Positions 28,765 through 32,963 of a stretch of 32,963 nucleotides of DNA are shown piece after piece. Each line of letters starts with the position of its first letter. The stretch's first letter is position 1. Below the pieces are notes generated by a model, which saw only the letters and a list, made by a program, of their open reading frames with translations, was not told the origin of the DNA and made no database searches. Origin of the DNA: an uncultured Candidatus Sumerlaeota bacterium (lineage in GTDB: Bacteria; CAYMEV01). The position numbers and the translations under genes were made by a program. The stretch spans positions 1 through 32,963 of the forward strand of contig CAYMEV010000031.1 in NCBI GenBank assembly GCA_964389675.1, written 5' to 3'.

Positions 28765-29736
28765 ATGGATAAAATCCTTCTTGAGAACATTGGAATTACG
28801 CATTCATTCCTTAATAATCTGTATTCAGGATTCCAGGGAAGATTTGTATTTCTGAACATTCTGAGACAGCTTAATTCCACTCAGTTTAACCCTGAAAAAG
28901 CTGATATGACAAAAGCTATCCTTGATAAACTCGGCAGGTGGGCGCAGGAAATATGGAAGAATAATCCGATCATCCATAAACCCGGCACAGGGCCCCTCAC
29001 TGCAGAAGCAGAAGAAACGTTTAAAATAGCAGAGATATGCAAACAGGACCTGCTGAATATGTCTAAAGGGATGAAAGCGATATTTGCAGAAAAGGACTTT
29101 TCAAAAGATCCTGAAAATGTAAAATACCTGGTATCCTGCCTGGGCTGTCAGAGCTATGCGAGGGACCATTTTATCAAAGGGCTGGTGTACTATTGTGATC
29201 ATTTTAAGTTTGAACAGGAAGCAGACCGTTACAGGCAGCATCTGATATCCACCCAGAATGGCATTAATCTGACATATTACTATCTGGAGAAGGTCGGGGA
29301 TGATAGTTTTAATAAGGACTCTGGGTTTTATTTAAAGCTTTTATTAAATACCATAAGATTACCCCAGATATTTGCTGCACAGGTTCAGGATATCAATATG
29401 TGTTTTGGAAGGTATAGAGGAAATATTGATTACATCCTTTTCGGTATTTCGGACAGCGAAGCTGAAAGATGGTCAAAAGCCGGAATTGAGCCTTCTATGG
29501 CATGCTACTGGCATGCGAATGATTTTAATCCGGAAGAAGCGCAGAAATGGATCAAAGAAGGTTTCTCTTCTCCTGGATATGCCGGTGACTGGAAGCTTAG
29601 AAATATTGAATTGAAAGATGCTATAAAATGGCATGATGCTGGCTATTCACCTGAAAAAGCACATATTAACCTGCTTATGGGCACTCCCGACCCTGAGATA
29701 GCTAAGCAATGGGATGAAATCAGCAGAAAACAGTAA
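28765..29736 (+). CDS. Hypothetical protein with C-terminal Trp-periodic 13/14-aa repeats
   Basis: Long ORF. ATG 28765 follows GGGAGG (28753-28758), preferred over ATG 28735. The C-terminus has A..W...G..P-like repeats. Confidence 0.8.
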   Translation: MDKILLENIGITHSFLNNLYSGFQGRFVFLNILRQLNSTQFNPEKADMTKAILDKLGRWAQEIWKNNPIIHKPGTGPLTAEAEETFKIAEICKQDLLNMSKGMKAIFAEKDFSKDPENVKYLVSCLGCQSYARDHFIKGLVYYCDHFKFEQEADRYRQHLISTQNGINLTYYYLEKVGDDSFNKDSGFYLKLLLNTIRLPQIFAAQVQDINMCFGRYRGNIDYILFGISDSEAERWSKAGIEPSMACYWHANDFNPEEAQKWIKEGFSSPGYAGDWKLRNIELKDAIKWHDAGYSPEKAHINLLMGTPDPEIAKQWDEISRKQ

Positions 29737-29827
29737 GGATATACTATTAAAATTGAAAGGCATAAACAAAATAATTTCTAATATTCTTGACCTCTATTCT
29801 GCAGAGTGCGAGAGTTTGATGTTGTTC

Positions 29828-29855
29828 TTGATTATTATCATGCTTTTTTTATAAT
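29828..29855 (+). promoter_or_regulatory. Putative sigma70 promoter for the nucleosidase gene
   Basis: TTGATT (29828-29833), 16-nt spacer, TATAAT (29850-29855). Confidence 0.4.
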
Positions 29856-29894
29856 CACGGACACCAGTACCTGTAAGAAAAGCAGGAGGAGCAG

Positions 29895-30566
29895 TTGAGC
29901 AGATTAATTGTATTCCCCATAAAAAAAGAAAGGGATTATTTTCAGGGCTTTCTGGCTGATGAAGGCATAGCCTCAAGAATAATGCCCTGCAGAAGGACCG
30001 GGCATATATTATTCCTGCCGGATCTTGATGCATTTCTTGCTCTTGGCGGCCATGGCAAAACTCAATTTAGCCTGCAAACTCAGTATTTTGTGAATACCTT
30101 GAATGATATATCAGAGATATTCTGTATCGGTTCAGCAGGAGCGCTTCATCCATCCCTGAAGATACGGGATGTCGTAATTGGGACAAAAACGGTCGAGCAT
30201 GATTATATAGAAGGATTTTCAAAAAATGCTTCCTTGCCGTCTTTTGAAAGAAGCATTGTACCAAGGAGAAAAATTAACAATAAAACAGGGCTCTCATTTT
30301 GCATCCATGAAGGCATAATTGCCAGCGGGGATGAGGATATTGTATCAATTGAAAGGGCTGAACAGCTCCTTGAGAAAACTGGTGCAGTTGCCGTTGCATG
30401 GGAAGGGGCAGGGGGCGCAAGAGCTGCCCTGTTCAGCCGGCTGGGATTTGCGGAGATAAGGGGGATAACAGATAATGCAAGGCATGATGTCCCTGACAGC
30501 TTCAGTAAAAACCTTCAGGGGGCAATGCAGAATACTGCCCAGGTATTTTTGGATATTTTTACATAG
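29895..30566 (+). CDS. MTA/SAH nucleosidase-like protein (PNP_UDP_1 superfamily), divergent
   Basis: GGHGK, GSAGAL...IRDVVIG...EHD, IASGD, AVAWEG and IRGITDNA. TTG start after AGGAGG. Confidence 0.82.
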   Translation: MSRLIVFPIKKERDYFQGFLADEGIASRIMPCRRTGHILFLPDLDAFLALGGHGKTQFSLQTQYFVNTLNDISEIFCIGSAGALHPSLKIRDVVIGTKTVEHDYIEGFSKNASLPSFERSIVPRRKINNKTGLSFCIHEGIIASGDEDIVSIERAEQLLEKTGAVAVAWEGAGGARAALFSRLGFAEIRGITDNARHDVPDSFSKNLQGAMQNTAQVFLDIFT

Positions 30567-30606
30567 AAGATTTCTCAAGTTATCCTTAAATATGGATAAA
30601 TATTAT

Positions 30607-32963
30607 TCAGGAAATATTTTCCAGTTCGTCAATTATAATCTTATACTGGAATTTAGGTATTTTAGAATAAAGAGCCTTGTATAATCCGGCTGCAGATTTC
30701 CTGCATTCATCCATGCCGTCTATCTTATACAGGGTATAATAGACCTGCGCCCTCTCAGAATCGTCAATTTTGTCCGAAAGCATCATTAAAAGCGATTTTA
30801 CAGCTGTTGTTCTGTCATTATATGACATAACCATATGATTCAGAAGTTCGGATCTGAAAATGAATTCACGATTTTTGAGGGTATGGGCTGTCTTCGTAGC
30901 CTCCCTGCTGTATTTCAGAGCTTCATCTATATTATTGGAAAGCAGGAGTCCTCTGGTTTTATCAATAAGGGATTCAAAGTATAATGTATTCTGTATCTTC
31001 ATCCCTTTGAGTATCTTTATGGCATTTTCAAGCTGTTTCAATGCCATATCAGGCCTGCCAAGGTCAAGATAGAGTTTTCCTGCATATGCTGATGCCATCG
31101 CTTCTTCTTCTTTGTTCCCTGTTTCTTTTGCAATATTATGAAGCAGGTTGTAGCATTCCAGAGCCTTGTCAAATTCACCGAGAGAATAATAAACCAGTCC
31201 GATATTAGCTTCAGCGATACCTGTCCCCTTTGTGTAGCCGGTCTCCAGGCATATTTTCCTGTCGATCTCATAGCATTCCAGGGCCTTTGCATACTGGCCT
31301 GTGGAATTATAGACAACGCCCATATTACATGATGTTCTTCCTATTTGAATCTTATCCCCGATCTCCTCGAATATTTTCATTGCCTGCTCATAATGGTCTA
31401 ATGCTTCCTGATACTTATTTAAGGATACATAGATATTTCCTATATTTCCTGAGACTTTTCCAAGCCCCCTCTTGTCTTCAATTTCCTTGCTTATCTCTTT
31501 CTGAAGTTCAAGATATTCAAGAGACCTATCATATTGCCCGAGTGCATAATATACCCCTGCGATATTTCCAAGAACACTTCCAATGTCCTTTTTTTCACCA
31601 TAGGATTCAAATAAATCCCTGGAAATCTCATAATACTCAAGTGCTTTGGCATATTCGCCAATATCAAAATAGGTAAGGCCTATATAACCTGCTGAAGAAG
31701 CCATTATCCTGTTATCAGCCGTGCTTCCAGCGAGTCTCATTGATTCTTCAAGGTAGGAGAGTGCGTCTGCATAGCATCCCCTTGTCCTCTTCCTGTTCCC
31801 TAAAAGCATGTATGATTGTGTCAGGAGCTGTTTATTGCCAGCCTCAGCTGACCTTTCCGCGCATTCTCTGTAAATTTGCTCTGATTTTTGCCATTCTCCC
31901 AGTATGTCAAGTATCTTCCCTGTTTTTATTCTGATTTCTATGGCCCTTTGGGGGGATTGCACTGAGCTTAAAGCAGTTTTGTAATATTCTATTGCCTTAT
32001 TGTTGAAATAATTATTGCCTGCAATATCAGCGCATTTTTCATAATAATATGAGGCTTTTTCATTATTGCCGCCGGACAGAAAATGGTAGGCTACCTCTTC
32101 AATATATTCATCATCACTTGTTTCCAGTGCTTCTGCGAGGAATAAGCTCATTTCCCTTTTATTTTTTATACTTTTTCTTATCTGCTCCTTCATGATATTG
32201 CTGGTGAAAGAGTAGTAAACTGTATTCTTTTTCTCTATTGACTGAAGGATCTCATGATTTTCCAGCTCCAGGAGCACTTTTGCCGAATCTGAGAAAGCAG
32301 TTTTTTCGATTATATATCTTAATGATGCTATATCTACCTCAGTTCTGAGCAGGGACAGCAATCCAAGGATTTTTTTCTTGTTTTCATCTGACAAGATCCT
32401 TTCAAGCCTCTTTTTAATGATCTCATTAATATTAAATGGGACATCAACTTCATCAATCGATTTTAGCAGTTTCCAGTATGTTTTGTCTTTAATTATTATT
32501 CCCTTGTCAATAAGAGACCTTAAAAGCTCTTCCAGAAAAAGGGGATTGCCTCCATACTTCTTTCTGATATCCGGTACAGCTTCCTTAATGGAGATATCAA
32601 TGAAATTTTTTCCAAATATTTTTTCAATATATTCATATACACCACTTTCATCAAGGGGATACAATGAATATCTTAGCGCATTCCCATTGTCCATTATTTT
32701 GCTGAGGTCTCTGCCATTAAGCTTATTCTCATTTATTACAGCACAAATGCATATTTTAGTTTTTGGATCTGTATTGAGCCTGTGCAGGAGGTTTCCTAAT
32801 ATCATTTCAGAACCTTCGTCAATCCAGTGCAGATCATTGAAGTATAAAATTATGGGAATGTCCCTGCTGAACTGAAGAAGGTAATCTGTAATATTACCGA
32901 TTATCAATTTCTGAATTATTTCAGGTTTATCAGATATTGCATGCTTCTGGTATTTTGAAAGAC
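30607..32963 (-). CDS. 5'-partial STAND ATPase - TPR protein, close paralog of the kinase-STAND at 24852..28643
   Basis: The frame stays open from 32907 to the window edge (...KHAISDKPEIIQKLIIGNITDY). Shares LYFNDL.WIDEGS, LYPLD..GV.EYIE, GGNP.FLEEL and SDENK.KIL..LSL.R with the kinase copy. Eight 40-aa TPRs. The N-terminal effector is outside the window. Confidence 0.88.
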   Translation of the reverse strand, partial: LSKYQKHAISDKPEIIQKLIIGNITDYLLQFSRDIPIILYFNDLHWIDEGSEMILGNLLHRLNTDPKTKICICAVINENKLNGRDLSKIMDNGNALRYSLYPLDESGVYEYIEKIFGKNFIDISIKEAVPDIRKKYGGNPLFLEELLRSLIDKGIIIKDKTYWKLLKSIDEVDVPFNINEIIKKRLERILSDENKKKILGLLSLLRTEVDIASLRYIIEKTAFSDSAKVLLELENHEILQSIEKKNTVYYSFTSNIMKEQIRKSIKNKREMSLFLAEALETSDDEYIEEVAYHFLSGGNNEKASYYYEKCADIAGNNYFNNKAIEYYKTALSSVQSPQRAIEIRIKTGKILDILGEWQKSEQIYRECAERSAEAGNKQLLTQSYMLLGNRKRTRGCYADALSYLEESMRLAGSTADNRIMASSAGYIGLTYFDIGEYAKALEYYEISRDLFESYGEKKDIGSVLGNIAGVYYALGQYDRSLEYLELQKEISKEIEDKRGLGKVSGNIGNIYVSLNKYQEALDHYEQAMKIFEEIGDKIQIGRTSCNMGVVYNSTGQYAKALECYEIDRKICLETGYTKGTGIAEANIGLVYYSLGEFDKALECYNLLHNIAKETGNKEEEAMASAYAGKLYLDLGRPDMALKQLENAIKILKGMKIQNTLYFESLIDKTRGLLLSNNIDEALKYSREATKTAHTLKNREFIFRSELLNHMVMSYNDRTTAVKSLLMMLSDKIDDSERAQVYYTLYKIDGMDECRKSAAGLYKALYSKIPKFQYKIIIDELENIS
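30985..31944 (-). repeat. 8 x 120-nt (40-aa) TPR units
   Basis: AIEIRIK to IQNT spans exactly 960 nt. TAGCATTCCAG occurs at 31151 and 31271. Confidence 0.88.

Noticed and set aside
29856-29894. Short leader hairpin (CCTGT...GCAGG) overlapping the nucleosidase RBS as a SAM/SAH riboswitch
   Set aside because: It is only a 5-bp stem and has no resemblance to SAM or SAH riboswitch consensus sequences that I can recognise.
32905-32907. TTG start given by the ORF track for the last gene
   Set aside because: The frame is open to the window edge and the paralogy continues, so the real start lies outside the window. It is not a truncated gene or pseudogene.

Overview
AT-rich bacterial chromosomal region with 18 supportable CDSs. 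No tRNA, rRNA, CRISPR array or mobile element is visible. An LpxR-family gene suggests a diderm host. The dominant feature is four large minus-strand NLR-like STAND ATPases of the SWACOS type (effector - STAND NTPase - perfectly phased 40-aa TPR array - shared C-terminal cap). Two carry an N-terminal pseudo-heterodimeric class III nucleotide cyclase resembling soluble adenylyl cyclase, one carries a Hanks-type Ser/Thr kinase, and one runs off the window edge and closely resembles the kinase copy. The first cyclase-STAND is followed by a stand-alone GAF protein and is divergent from a PilT-family ATPase fused to a cyclic-nucleotide-binding domain. This is a candidate local cNMP circuit controlling type IV pilus retraction (inference). 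The remaining genes encode envelope, secreted or metabolic proteins: a solute-binding protein, LpxR-family, PEMT-like and sulfotransferase proteins, a serine hydrolase, a C69 peptidase, DUF3160, a GNAT plus PLP racemase pair, an MTA/SAH nucleosidase-like protein and two hypotheticals. All family calls come from motif recognition by eye, with no database searches.
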